Origin: an uncultured Eubacteriales bacterium
Lineage (GTDB): Bacteria > Acidobacteriota > Aminicenantia > Aminicenantales > Saccharicenantaceae
DNA: 64,000 bases
NCBI GenBank assembly: GCA_964422165.1
Contig: CAYQZX010000044.1
Location: 8,105-72,104 of the forward strand
Direction: 5' to 3'
A program made the position numbers and the translations under genes. The notes below the pieces were generated by a model. That model did not search any database. It was not told where the DNA came from and saw only the letters and a program-made list of their open reading frames with translations. Positions 55,239 to 64,000 of the stretch are shown one piece after another. Numbering within the stretch: position 1 is the first letter of the stretch; the number at the start of each line of letters is the position of its first letter.

Positions 55239-57671
55239 ATGAGCACCCTGTACAAGAGGAAAAAAGATAAACAGAAAATTTCCTGGAAATCTTTATGGTC
55301 AGCCCTGGCTTTAATTCTTGGTGTTACTATATTTATTTTTGTAACACTGACCGTTTCCTGGCTGCTTGAAGCCAGAAGCTCTCAAAAATCCGGTCAGGAA
55401 ATAACACTTAAAGCTGAAGAAAAGACAAGCTGGTCAGGAAGTCAGATTTCTCCTCTCCACCGAATCCCGCTGATGGATGAATTCAATCAAAAAATAGTCC
55501 CGGCTGCTCCTGATTCACTTCCTTTCTCAGCCCGCTATACCTGTGGACCTTGCCACAATTACCAGAGAATCAGCGGTGGTTCGCATTTCAGCCTTCACCT
55601 TCGGCCGGAAACTGACCGAGCCACCGAGCCCTGGGTTCTGGTTGAGGAAAAAGCTGGGGTTCAGTTACCTGTTTCTTTTCAAAAATATCCAGGACTGTGG
55701 TCTCCAGAGAGATTAGGGCTGAACTCCTGGCAGTTTGTTAATCTATTTGGCCGGAATCTGGTTGGTGGTGGCCTGGGAGAACCAGCTGAAAAAGATGAAA
55801 CTCCTGATTCTCGCTGGAATGTTTCAGGCAAGCTTGAAATAAATTGTCTTGGTTGTCATAACAAATCGCCTCTTCAGGACCACTCAGAGTGGGTCAAACA
55901 GGTCATGCGCCAGAATTTCCGCTGGGCCGCTACAGCGGCTTCGGGGTTAGGTGAAGTGGGGGGAATGGCTTCGCGGCTGCCATCAACCTGGAGTATAGTT
56001 GATGGCCCCAATCCGGATGACCGGGAATGGGCGGTTGTCCCCCAGGTTAAGTATAATCAGAGTTTTTTTGACAGCCGAAATAATGTTGTCCTGGATTTAG
56101 CCCATCAACCTGAAGACAGCCGCTGCCTGGCCTGTCATTCAGTTACATCCCGAAAATCTCCAACCAAGGCTGCACTTGAGCGTGATGTTCACTCTGTGGC
56201 TGGCCTTAAGTGTGTGGATTGCCACCGAAACGATTTAAGCCACGAAATGGTCCGTGGCTTTGAGGGCCAGAAGCTGCGCAATTCTGGGCTCAAGACGCAG
56301 GATTTCACCTGCGCAGGCTGCCATCTCGGACAGAAGCCGGAAAAGGGTGGGTTTGGTTTTGCCGGAAAGCTCGGAGCCCCGCGCCCTTCTCACAAGGGCA
56401 TCCCCAAAGTTCACTTTGAGCGGCTGTCCTGCACGGTCTGCCATTCAGGGCCTCTTCCCGATAGAAAAGTTCAGGAAGTCTATACTTCCCGGGCTAACCG
56501 CCTGGGTGTTTTTGGTAAGGCACACTGGACATCTGAATATCCTGTCATTCTGGAACCAGTTTTTGTTAGGGAAAAGGACAAAAAAATTTATCCAGAAAGA
56601 GTGATTTGGCCAGCTTTCTGGGCGGAGAAAAAAGGAAAAGAGCTGGTACCAGTGAACAGCCAGGAGATTTTGCAGACTGCCCCGGAAGTATTTCTGTTCA
56701 AAGAAAATATAGCCGACTGGCTTAATAGCCTGCTGCCTCTGGCTGAAGATGGTTTTTATCCGGCAGTGGTTATCTCAGGGTATTTATTTGAACCGAATGT
56801 TGATGGTAGCCTGGATGTCAGGCCACTGGAAAAAGCACCTCTTTCGGGAAAACCCCGTCAGGGAAAGTTCATCTTAGTCCAGGTAAAAAAGGGAGAGGTT
56901 AAACCTTTGCTTACCGCTTTTAACCCAGAGGAAGCTTCCCCTGAGCTGGAAGATAAAATATTAAGGTCACTACTGGCCTTGAAGTCGAAGTCCAGAGAAA
57001 GAGAACCTGTTCTGGAAGCAGGAAATTTTATTTATAAAATCACTGAAGGTTATCTGGATAAAGCAGAAAAAGCCGGGCAACCGAGACCCGAACCAGAGAT
57101 CGGCTGGCTGGAGGGGGAAAATATCCAGCCTCTGTTTTCAGATTTTCAGGTCAGGATTCTGGCAAAGCTCAAGGACGGCAAGGAAATACTAACTGAAGAA
57201 CAGGTAGCACTAGTTTTAGAGAAGCTTACCCAATCTTCTCCAGAAAAAGAATTTGCTTACGTAACTGCCGGCCGGGTATTCAGCTTAGATAAGGGCGGAA
57301 AATTAAAAGTTGCCGAGCACCAGGCGGCCAGGCCTTTTTCCTGGCCGTTAGCCCATGTTGTCCGACCGGCCCAGCAGGCCCTCGGTAAAAACGGTTGCAC
57401 TGATTGTCACAGTCCAGGTGCCGGGTTTTTCTTCGGGAAAGTAGAAGCCAGTTCGCCACTTAAAACCTCCTCCAAAGAAACAAAACTTCAGGCTGATTGG
57501 ATGAAAACCGGAACTCTTTTCCAGTTTCTTTTCGGGATTACTTTTCTGGTCCGGCCGGCTTTCAAGCTGCTGCTGGCAGGCTGTCTGCTCGTAACAGGCT
57601 TGATTTTACTGGTTGTGGCAATAAGGATTACAGGAAAAATCACCGGTCTAAAAGACGACGAGCCAAAATAG
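55239..57671 (+). CDS. Membrane-anchored multiheme cytochrome c (7 CxxCH motifs)
   Basis: Heme motifs CGPCH, CLGCH, CLACH, CVDCH, CAGCH, CTVCH and CTDCH. N-terminal signal-anchor and a C-terminal TM helix (LLLAGCLLVTGLILLVVAI). Confidence 0.8.
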   Translation: MSTLYKRKKDKQKISWKSLWSALALILGVTIFIFVTLTVSWLLEARSSQKSGQEITLKAEEKTSWSGSQISPLHRIPLMDEFNQKIVPAAPDSLPFSARYTCGPCHNYQRISGGSHFSLHLRPETDRATEPWVLVEEKAGVQLPVSFQKYPGLWSPERLGLNSWQFVNLFGRNLVGGGLGEPAEKDETPDSRWNVSGKLEINCLGCHNKSPLQDHSEWVKQVMRQNFRWAATAASGLGEVGGMASRLPSTWSIVDGPNPDDREWAVVPQVKYNQSFFDSRNNVVLDLAHQPEDSRCLACHSVTSRKSPTKAALERDVHSVAGLKCVDCHRNDLSHEMVRGFEGQKLRNSGLKTQDFTCAGCHLGQKPEKGGFGFAGKLGAPRPSHKGIPKVHFERLSCTVCHSGPLPDRKVQEVYTSRANRLGVFGKAHWTSEYPVILEPVFVREKDKKIYPERVIWPAFWAEKKGKELVPVNSQEILQTAPEVFLFKENIADWLNSLLPLAEDGFYPAVVISGYLFEPNVDGSLDVRPLEKAPLSGKPRQGKFILVQVKKGEVKPLLTAFNPEEASPELEDKILRSLLALKSKSREREPVLEAGNFIYKITEGYLDKAEKAGQPRPEPEIGWLEGENIQPLFSDFQVRILAKLKDGKEILTEEQVALVLEKLTQSSPEKEFAYVTAGRVFSLDKGGKLKVAEHQAARPFSWPLAHVVRPAQQALGKNGCTDCHSPGAGFFFGKVEASSPLKTSSKETKLQADWMKTGTLFQFLFGITFLVRPAFKLLLAGCLLVTGLILLVVAIRITGKITGLKDDEPK

Positions 57672-57689
57672 GAGAGCAGGAGTTAGAAG

Positions 57690-58373
57690 ATGATTTTCGG
57701 AATAACCAGTTTCCTGTTGATTGTAGCTTTGAACCTGCGGCTGACATTTGGCCGCTACCTCAAAACTCTTCCAGAAGGAAAAAGGAAAATTAATTCTGAG
57801 AATTTAAAAGGTTATATCAGCTGGATTGTGAGCTGGAAAAAGTCTTTTCTGAAGTTAGAGCGCTGGGATAGGTGTCTGGATTACCTGATTGCCTGGGGCC
57901 AGAAAAAATTTCAGGGCTGGACGGCCTGGGTGTTTTATGGTCTGGCGTTAAGCTATATCTACCTGGCCCTGAGCGGTTTTATCTTTGCCTGGTTTGTGCC
58001 GCGGGGACTTTTTGGATTTCCACTTCTCCTGCATGTGGCTGCGGGAGCTCTTTTTGCTATCTGTTTGACCATCATTCTTTTTATAAAAGCCCGGGTCTAT
58101 TTGCCGGAAAAGATAGCTGAAGCAGCTTCTAAAGAGAGCGATGGTTTCTTCTGCTTGCTTTTAGGCAAAAGCTTACCTCGGGTTTACTTTCAAGCCGTAG
58201 CCTTCTGGGTTTTTGTACTGGCTGGTTTTTTATTAGTTTCTTCTACTCTTGGTTCTATGCTTCCTTATTTTAATTATCCGGCTCAAATATTTTTCTTCCA
58301 TCTTCACCGCTGGAGCTCCTTAGCTTCAGTGCTGGCCGCCTGCCTGGCCATTGACGTTATGATCGTTGAGTAG
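57690..58373 (+). CDS. Integral membrane protein (4-5 TM helices; possible b-type cytochrome or quinol-interacting partner of the upstream cytochrome)
   Basis: 227 aa with hydrophobic helices carrying conserved His residues (LLLHVAAG, FFHLHRW). Starts 19 nt after the cytochrome gene. Confidence 0.55.
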   Translation: MIFGITSFLLIVALNLRLTFGRYLKTLPEGKRKINSENLKGYISWIVSWKKSFLKLERWDRCLDYLIAWGQKKFQGWTAWVFYGLALSYIYLALSGFIFAWFVPRGLFGFPLLLHVAAGALFAICLTIILFIKARVYLPEKIAEAASKESDGFFCLLLGKSLPRVYFQAVAFWVFVLAGFLLVSSTLGSMLPYFNYPAQIFFFHLHRWSSLASVLAACLAIDVMIVE

Positions 58374-58388
58374 TTTATTAAAAAATAA

Positions 58389-59543
58389 ATGCCGGCCAAG
58401 AAAATCTTTAATTTCAAGCACGAGGCTATGTCCACTTTCTTTGAAGTTTTTATTTCCGGTTATGATGAAGCTTACAGCCGAAGTGCTGGCCATGAGTTTT
58501 TCAGAGAAATTGATAGACTGGAACGGCTGCTGAGTCGCTTTGACCCAAGCAGTGAAATTTCTATGATTAATCGTTTAGCTCCTGGAGAAAGCTTGCCTGT
58601 AGGGGTAGAAACGTTTGAGTGTTTGAAAGCCGGTTTTGAGTTGATGATCGCTACCGAAGGTGCCTTCAACCCGAATTACAGAGCTCTGGAGAAGGCAGCG
58701 GGGAAGCAAGACTTCCTGAAGATGGAAAAAAATACCGAGCACAAAAAAGAAGAAAATAAGTTTCGGGTGGAAGGGAAGGGAATTAATAAATTTGAAGCCA
58801 ACCAAAAAGAAAACAAGAGTAATCACAATAAGATCAAAAGAGAAGCAGTAGAAAAATGGAAAAAGAAAGGGAAGTCAGAAGAGCAAACTAAAAATACTTC
58901 CTCTGAATCTAAATCTATTGTCGGAACCCTGGGAGAGATTGAGAGCAACTTAGAAGAAGGGGCGCTCAAATTAGCTCTTGATGATTTATCCCAGTCAGAG
59001 GTTGAACGCTGGCAGAAAGTCTTTCCGCTGGAGCTTCTGGAGGTTCAGGGCGGTTATCTGACGGTCAGGCTGAGTGTGCCTGGTGTGGAGCTGGACCTGG
59101 ACCTTGGAGCCATTGGAAAAGGCTATGCTCTGGAGAAGGCGGCACAGATTTTCTCAGAGTGGGAAATAAGTGATTTTCTGGTCAATGCCGGGAGAAGCAC
59201 CGTGTATGCCTGCGGGAAAAAACCCTGGCCAGTGGCTGTGGGCAGCGGCTTTGATTTTTTCAAGAGCGGGAAAATTAGCTTACTCAACAGGGCTTTAAGC
59301 GGCTCAGGTCATGAGGTTAAAGGCGAGCACATTTTTGATCCGCGTCATGGAGAAAAGAAATCCAAATATCTTCAAGTCTGGGTATCGCATCATTCTCCAA
59401 CTCTGGCTGATGGTCTGTCCACGGCCTTTATGATTATGAGCCTGGATGAAATCGCAGCTTATTGTGAAAAGCATCCGGAAGTCTGGGCTCTGGTGCTCAG
59501 TCGTGAGCAAGAATCTTTTATGTTTGGCGAAGCAAAAATTTAA
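58389..59543 (+). CDS. ApbE-like FAD:protein FMN transferase with a K/E-rich low-complexity insertion
   Basis: ApbE N-terminal block (SEISMINRLAPGESLPVGVETFECLKAGFELMIATEGAFNP) and the conserved DLGAIGKGYALEKA block. They are separated by a roughly 75-aa Lys/Glu-rich segment. No signal peptide. Confidence 0.7.
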   Translation: MPAKKIFNFKHEAMSTFFEVFISGYDEAYSRSAGHEFFREIDRLERLLSRFDPSSEISMINRLAPGESLPVGVETFECLKAGFELMIATEGAFNPNYRALEKAAGKQDFLKMEKNTEHKKEENKFRVEGKGINKFEANQKENKSNHNKIKREAVEKWKKKGKSEEQTKNTSSESKSIVGTLGEIESNLEEGALKLALDDLSQSEVERWQKVFPLELLEVQGGYLTVRLSVPGVELDLDLGAIGKGYALEKAAQIFSEWEISDFLVNAGRSTVYACGKKPWPVAVGSGFDFFKSGKISLLNRALSGSGHEVKGEHIFDPRHGEKKSKYLQVWVSHHSPTLADGLSTAFMIMSLDEIAAYCEKHPEVWALVLSREQESFMFGEAKI

Positions 59544-59917
59544 GAGCCCGAGCTCTGAACTGACCAGCTAATTTTGAATTTCTTACAGAAAGAAAGCCTT
59601 TATTAAAGGCGCCTAAAAGTTAAATGGAAGATTGAAAATGGGTTCAGCATGTAATTTAGTTTAGAAATCGTTTCTCGAGCTGGTAGAAAAAAATAACTTT
59701 TATGTAAAATGGTTTCTTATCTGAAACGCTGTGAACTGCAGCTTGATTAAGACTGATACGGGAAAAAAAGTGAGCAAGGAAGAATTGTTTGGTAGATTGA
59801 ATAACGATATTCAAAAAATTAGGCTAAAGGATAATCAAAAAATTCTGGAAAAATGTATAATATTAAGGTGATTTTGATAAATCTTGATAAATTTGAAAAT
59901 AGATGAAGGAGCTGAAC

Positions 59918-60613
59918 ATGAGACCAAGAACAAAAATTCTGGCCCAGGTGCTGCTACTCGGCAGCTTTTTGCTTTTTCTGCTGGCTTCAACCGTTTCTCT
60001 TCTGGCTCAGGATCAGGAGAAGGTGGAGCTTAAAATTCAGCTGCCCAAGCCGATGTTTATCGGCACACCGAGAAACATCAAGACCCCAAATCTTGAACCG
60101 GTGACCGGCAAACCACGCGGCCCCTTCTATGTGCCCAAAGGAACTGAGCTGGTTTCTCTCAAAAAGCCGGTGACTTCGAGTGACCCACAGCCTGTTATAG
60201 GTGAGCTGAGCTATGTCACCGACGGAGAAAAATCCGGCGAAGACGGCTATTTTGTGGAACTCGGACCTGGACCGCAGTGGGTTCAGATTGACCTGAAAGC
60301 GCCCTATTTAATTCAGGCTATTGTTGTCTGGCATTACCACAGCCAGGCCCGGGTTTACCGCGATGTCATTGTCCAGGTGTCTGAGGACAAAGATTTTGTT
60401 AACGGCGTGGTCACCTTGTTTAACAACGATCATGACAATTCCTCAGGCCTTGGAGCTGGTAGGGATAAAGAATACATAGAGACTAATGAAGGTAAACTCA
60501 TAGACGGCAAGGGGACCAGGGCTCGCTATGTCCGGCTCTGGAGCAATGGTAACACGGCCAACGATATGAACCATTATGTTGAGGTGGAAGTTTACGCTCT
60601 GCCGGTTAAATGA
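59918..60613 (+). CDS. Secreted discoidin (F5/8 type C / CBM32-like) domain protein
   Basis: Signal peptide, then a jelly-roll region with QWVQIDLKAPYLIQAIVVWHYH and RYVRLWSNGNTANDMNHYVEVEVYA. GAAGGAG RBS supports the ATG at 59918 rather than the track start at 59903. Confidence 0.65.
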   Translation: MRPRTKILAQVLLLGSFLLFLLASTVSLLAQDQEKVELKIQLPKPMFIGTPRNIKTPNLEPVTGKPRGPFYVPKGTELVSLKKPVTSSDPQPVIGELSYVTDGEKSGEDGYFVELGPGPQWVQIDLKAPYLIQAIVVWHYHSQARVYRDVIVQVSEDKDFVNGVVTLFNNDHDNSSGLGAGRDKEYIETNEGKLIDGKGTRARYVRLWSNGNTANDMNHYVEVEVYALPVK

Positions 60614-62214
60614 GAAAAAAAACGTTTGCCTATCTTTTTGTTTTGCTGCTGGGGGTGGCGCTCTTTGTCCGTCTTTACCGGCTTGACCTGCGGCCGATGC
60701 ACCATGATGAAGCCAACCAGGCTTACAAATTCGGTCAGCTTCTGGAAAAAGGAGAATACCGCTACGACCCGGCTGACCATCACGGGCCAACGCTTTATTA
60801 TTTTAGTCTCCCTTTTGCCTGGCTGAGCGGCCAGAAAACTTTCGCTGGGCTTGCCGAAGGCACGCTGCGGGGCGTAACAGTCTTTTTTGGGTTGTTGATT
60901 TTGCTGGTTCTTCTGGCGGCTGGCAGGTATCTCTCATCTTCCGAAAAATTCTGGGCCGCAGTTTTCCTGGCGTTTTCCCCGCCACTTATCTACTTCAGCC
61001 GGTTTTACATTCAGGAATCTCTGTTTGTGGCTTTTGGCTTGGCTTTTGTTATCTTTCTCTGGAGGTTTTTCCAGAAGCCTGATTATAAAGAAGCTACCTG
61101 GCTGGGAATATCGGCCGGTTTGCTCTATGCTACCAAAGAAACTTCCCTGATTGTTCTGGCCACCTCTGTTTCAGCTCTCGTGGTTATCTGGTTTCTGTCG
61201 TGGGGAAGGAGCAATGGCAGAAAACGTAGCAGCCATAAGAGCGAGTCTAAAGGTAGCCAGAAAGAAGTTCTGGCTGAAATTAAAAAAGTTGCTCTGCCTT
61301 TAGCTTTAGCCATTTTCCTTTTTCTGGCCATTTCTTTTCTTTTTTATTCCTCATTCTTTCGGCATCCGCAAGGCTTTCTGGATTCTTTCCGGGCATTTTC
61401 TGGCTATAGCCAAAAAGCTTTTGAGCCTGGCTGGCACCGGCACGGCTTCTGGTATTATTTCAGCCTGCTTTTTTATCATAAGGGCAGTGGACACTCGCCA
61501 GTTTTTAGTGAAATTCCTTTTCTGCTGCTGGCGCTTGTTGGTGTGGTTTTAAGTTTTGCCCGGATGAGACGGAAAAGTGCTGAAAATTTCAGAGGTTATT
61601 TAGCCCTGTTTTCTCTTTTTACTGTCCTGGTTTATTCTGCTATTCCCTATAAAACCCCCTGGAACATGCTTATTTTTTGGGCGGGCTTTCTGATTCTGGC
61701 TGGTGCTGGATTTGTCTACGTGCTGGAGCTTATAAAAATAAGGCAGGTAAAAGTTATTCTGGCGGGGGCTCTTCTTTTCTGGGCAGGCTGGCAGTCTTAC
61801 CTGGTAAATTTCTATTTTCATTCCTACCCTGGTAACCCTTATGTCTATGCCCAGACCTCTCCCGATTTTTTGAGGCTGGTGGGCAGAGTAGAGGAATTGA
61901 GTCAGGTGGCTGAAGAGGGCAAGAATATGTTTATCAGAGTCATTGCCCCGCCCGAGGAGACCTGGCCGCTTCCCTGGTATTTACGAAAATACCCTCAGGT
62001 TGGCTACTGGACTTCCAGTGAGCAGGTGGAAAGCATTGAGCCAGCGGCTGTAGTAATAATGTCAGCTGTAGAAGCCTCCAGGCGGTCAGAAAAAGAGCTT
62101 GAATCTTACGTCACACAATATTATAGCTTGCGGTCTGAGGTGTTGCTGTTACTACTTATCCGCCAGGACCTCTGGGAAAATTACAAATTGAGAAAGATTA
62201 GCTCCAGTCGTTAA
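60610..62214 (+). CDS. GT39/ArnT-like (PMT_2) integral-membrane glycosyltransferase (TIGR03663-like)
   Basis: Multi-TM protein with the N-terminal loop motif LDLRPMHHDEANQAYKFGQ...RYDPADHHGPTLYY typical of dolichyl/undecaprenyl-phosphate-sugar glycosyltransferases. Its start overlaps the upstream stop (ATGA). Confidence 0.75.
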   Translation: MRKKTFAYLFVLLLGVALFVRLYRLDLRPMHHDEANQAYKFGQLLEKGEYRYDPADHHGPTLYYFSLPFAWLSGQKTFAGLAEGTLRGVTVFFGLLILLVLLAAGRYLSSSEKFWAAVFLAFSPPLIYFSRFYIQESLFVAFGLAFVIFLWRFFQKPDYKEATWLGISAGLLYATKETSLIVLATSVSALVVIWFLSWGRSNGRKRSSHKSESKGSQKEVLAEIKKVALPLALAIFLFLAISFLFYSSFFRHPQGFLDSFRAFSGYSQKAFEPGWHRHGFWYYFSLLFYHKGSGHSPVFSEIPFLLLALVGVVLSFARMRRKSAENFRGYLALFSLFTVLVYSAIPYKTPWNMLIFWAGFLILAGAGFVYVLELIKIRQVKVILAGALLFWAGWQSYLVNFYFHSYPGNPYVYAQTSPDFLRLVGRVEELSQVAEEGKNMFIRVIAPPEETWPLPWYLRKYPQVGYWTSSEQVESIEPAAVVIMSAVEASRRSEKELESYVTQYYSLRSEVLLLLLIRQDLWENYKLRKISSSR

Positions 62215-62511
62215 GCTTCTTCTAATTTAAATTAGTTGTTTTCTGAACTTTTCTAAATCCTCTAAAAGCCTTACTTATTTCTGGACAAATCGTAGCCTGT
62301 TATTTTTTGACCGGAGGCATTATTTTTTGGCCTTAGGTGAACATAAATGTTCTTGAGTTATCGTTATGTATCCAGGCTATCATGGCGCCTTTTCTGAGAT
62401 TAAAAATTTCGTAGGGCATCTTAGCGCTATGAATACTTGACAAAGATGTTTTTTTTAGCACAAAAAGGGGAGGAGATAAAATTATTTTTTGCAAGCAAAA
62501 GGAGGTATGCG

Positions 62512-62793
62512 ATGCTAAAAAGTTTGTCTAAACTTTTTATGGTGATTCTCATTTTTCTGGGGATCATCATTAGTATATTAAACTTTAGTACGGAAACTTA
62601 TGCCAGTCCCGAAAGATATATATGGGGTACGAGAACGGCTGGTGATGGGACTTTGGCTGAGTCTATCTGGTATCTGGCAGGAAGATATATCGGGAATTTT
62701 GGAGTAACCAACTATTATTGCTGCGGGACCCGATCCGATTGCGTCATAGTTTTTGCCAATTATTCCTTAAAAATTATCTCCTCCCCAAAATGA
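62512..62793 (+). CDS. Small secreted/membrane-anchored protein
   Basis: AAGGAGG RBS lies before the ATG at 62512. Hydrophobic N-terminus, then a roughly 60-aa region with YYCCGTRSDC. It lies immediately upstream of a beta-propeller paralog. Confidence 0.45.
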   Translation: MLKSLSKLFMVILIFLGIIISILNFSTETYASPERYIWGTRTAGDGTLAESIWYLAGRYIGNFGVTNYYCCGTRSDCVIVFANYSLKIISSPK

Positions 62794-62800
62794 GGTCAAA

Positions 62801-63889
62801 ATGAAAAGTCTGGTTTTAATCAGCCTTATATTAGTCCTTTCAAATTTGGCTTTCTCCTGGGAAATAAAATTTATAAAAAAGATTCCTGTTGAAGATGGCG
62901 CTGTGCTTGCTTCGTTCTCGTTTGTAGTCCTGGAGGATGGGAATTTTATTTTTGCCGACTTCAAAGATAAAGATAATCAAATCAAGGTCATTAATCAGGA
63001 AGGTAAGCTGATAAAAACCTGGGGCAAGATGGGGCCTGGCCCGGATGAATTTAATGGAGCGAGTTTTTTAGATTATCAAAAACCTTATCTGGCAGTGGCA
63101 GATGCAGGAAAGTACAGAATATACGTATATGAAAATATCATGGGTTATGAGTTTAAGAAGATAGGTGGTATTCTGGCCTGGGAGCGCGAGGGGCCGATAA
63201 AAATCTATCGGAATAATGTGCTGATACCTGGCTATGTTGTGTCGTCAGCTGGAAAAAAATTCATGCTTTTTATGAAAGATTTTAACGACCGGAAAACCGA
63301 ATACATTTTACCCCTTGAAAATGTATACGGAGCCAGATCAATCCAGGAGTACAAAAAGATCGTGGAGGAGGCGGGTTTTGTTTTATCTATTCCATTTATA
63401 GATCTTTATGAAGATACCATATTTTATGTGAGGGATAAAAGGTTAAAAGTGGATAAAATCGACCTTAAATTAGAAAAAATAGAAATAATAGGAGAAGAAC
63501 CGAAAAACTTTAGAGCTTTGAGTGTAGACAAGAAAACAAAAAACAGGCTGATGGACGCCAAAAACCAAAAGAGCAAAGAGGAACTTGACGAAATAATATC
63601 CAGGCACTCTTTTGTCAGCGGTCTTTTTGCTGATAAGAATTTTGTGGCTGTTATTTATGTGAACAAGGAGAGAAGAATCAGAGAAGAATTTTACTGGGTT
63701 CCTTACGTCCAGATTTATGACTATTCAGGCAAAGTCCTGCATGAACAATCACTTGAGCCATGTTTTTCTTCAGACAGGGTTATTCCCCTGTATTATGAAA
63801 AGGATAAGCGCCAGCTCTACCTGTGCTCGATCATCAGCAACGAGGCCGCCTATCAATATGAGATATACAAATTTTTAGTAGAACAATGA
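62801..63889 (+). CDS. 6-bladed beta-propeller protein (DUF5128/BF3164-like family)
   Basis: Signal peptide, GKMGPGPDEFNGASF motif and repeated beta-strand blades; paralog of 45943-46988. Confidence 0.7.
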   Translation: MKSLVLISLILVLSNLAFSWEIKFIKKIPVEDGAVLASFSFVVLEDGNFIFADFKDKDNQIKVINQEGKLIKTWGKMGPGPDEFNGASFLDYQKPYLAVADAGKYRIYVYENIMGYEFKKIGGILAWEREGPIKIYRNNVLIPGYVVSSAGKKFMLFMKDFNDRKTEYILPLENVYGARSIQEYKKIVEEAGFVLSIPFIDLYEDTIFYVRDKRLKVDKIDLKLEKIEIIGEEPKNFRALSVDKKTKNRLMDAKNQKSKEELDEIISRHSFVSGLFADKNFVAVIYVNKERRIREEFYWVPYVQIYDYSGKVLHEQSLEPCFSSDRVIPLYYEKDKRQLYLCSIISNEAAYQYEIYKFLVEQ

Positions 63890-64000
63890 AAAAACTTTTG
63901 CTTATTTTGGCTGGAGTTATAGCTCTCGTCTTGAGTAGCTTGTTATATCGGGAAAAGGCAAAGCCAATAACGTCAAGTTTTCCCATCTACCAACTGGAGC
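63886..64000 (+). CDS. Hypothetical secreted protein, 5' part only (runs off the right edge)
   Basis: ATG overlapping the previous stop (ATGA), then signal peptide MKKLLLILAGVIALVLSS; open at the window end. Confidence 0.4.
   Translation, partial: MKKLLLILAGVIALVLSSLLYREKAKPITSSFPIYQLE

Noticed and set aside
1-64000. Search for tRNA/rRNA genes, CRISPR arrays and IS elements
   Set aside because: No GGTTCGAATCC-type T-arm motifs in intergenic regions, no rRNA-like conserved stretches, no regularly spaced direct repeats, and no transposase or integrase-like ORFs were seen. The long intergenic regions (22979-23446, 43165-43647, 52976-53496) look like ordinary AT-rich promoter regions.

Overview
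This 64 kb window is a bacterial chromosomal segment of roughly 45% GC overall, with strong local swings in GC. Several genes point to an Acidobacteria-like or candidate-phylum anaerobe (Aminicenantes-like): a GWxTD-domain protein, an acidobacterial-type VWFA-related protein, a TIGR03663-like GT39 glycosyltransferase, and M6/InhA-like and GH29 secreted hydrolases. No rRNA, tRNA, CRISPR array or obvious transposase was seen. Housekeeping genes include asd (partial, at the left edge), era, and a conserved rpsP-KH-rimM-trmD-rplS-rnhB block. The most striking feature is a tightly packed plus-strand operon at 14035-22978 for the methylaspartate route of glutamate fermentation (glmS, glmL, glmE, methylaspartate ammonia-lyase, class I Fe-S fumarate hydratase acting as mesaconase). 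Three genes of unknown role sit between mal and the hydratase: an AtuA/DUF1446-like protein, a small basic DUF4387-like protein and a P-loop protein. No citramalate lyase is visible, and a GntR-type regulator lies just upstream. Other notable content: a three-gene minus-strand operon ending in a membrane-anchored Lon-protease-like protein with an external FG-GAP region; and a Cyc2-like monoheme cytochrome-porin fusion next to a 5-heme cytochrome. There is also a 7-heme membrane cytochrome followed by a membrane protein and an ApbE-like flavin transferase carrying a K/E-rich insertion. There are three Gfo/Idh/MocA oxidoreductases (two with Tat signals) with xylose-isomerase-like TIM-barrel enzymes on high-GC islands; a shared GACGTC-centred palindromic motif upstream of two unrelated genes; and low-GC patches with paralogous 6-bladed beta-propeller proteins and small Cys-rich secreted peptides.
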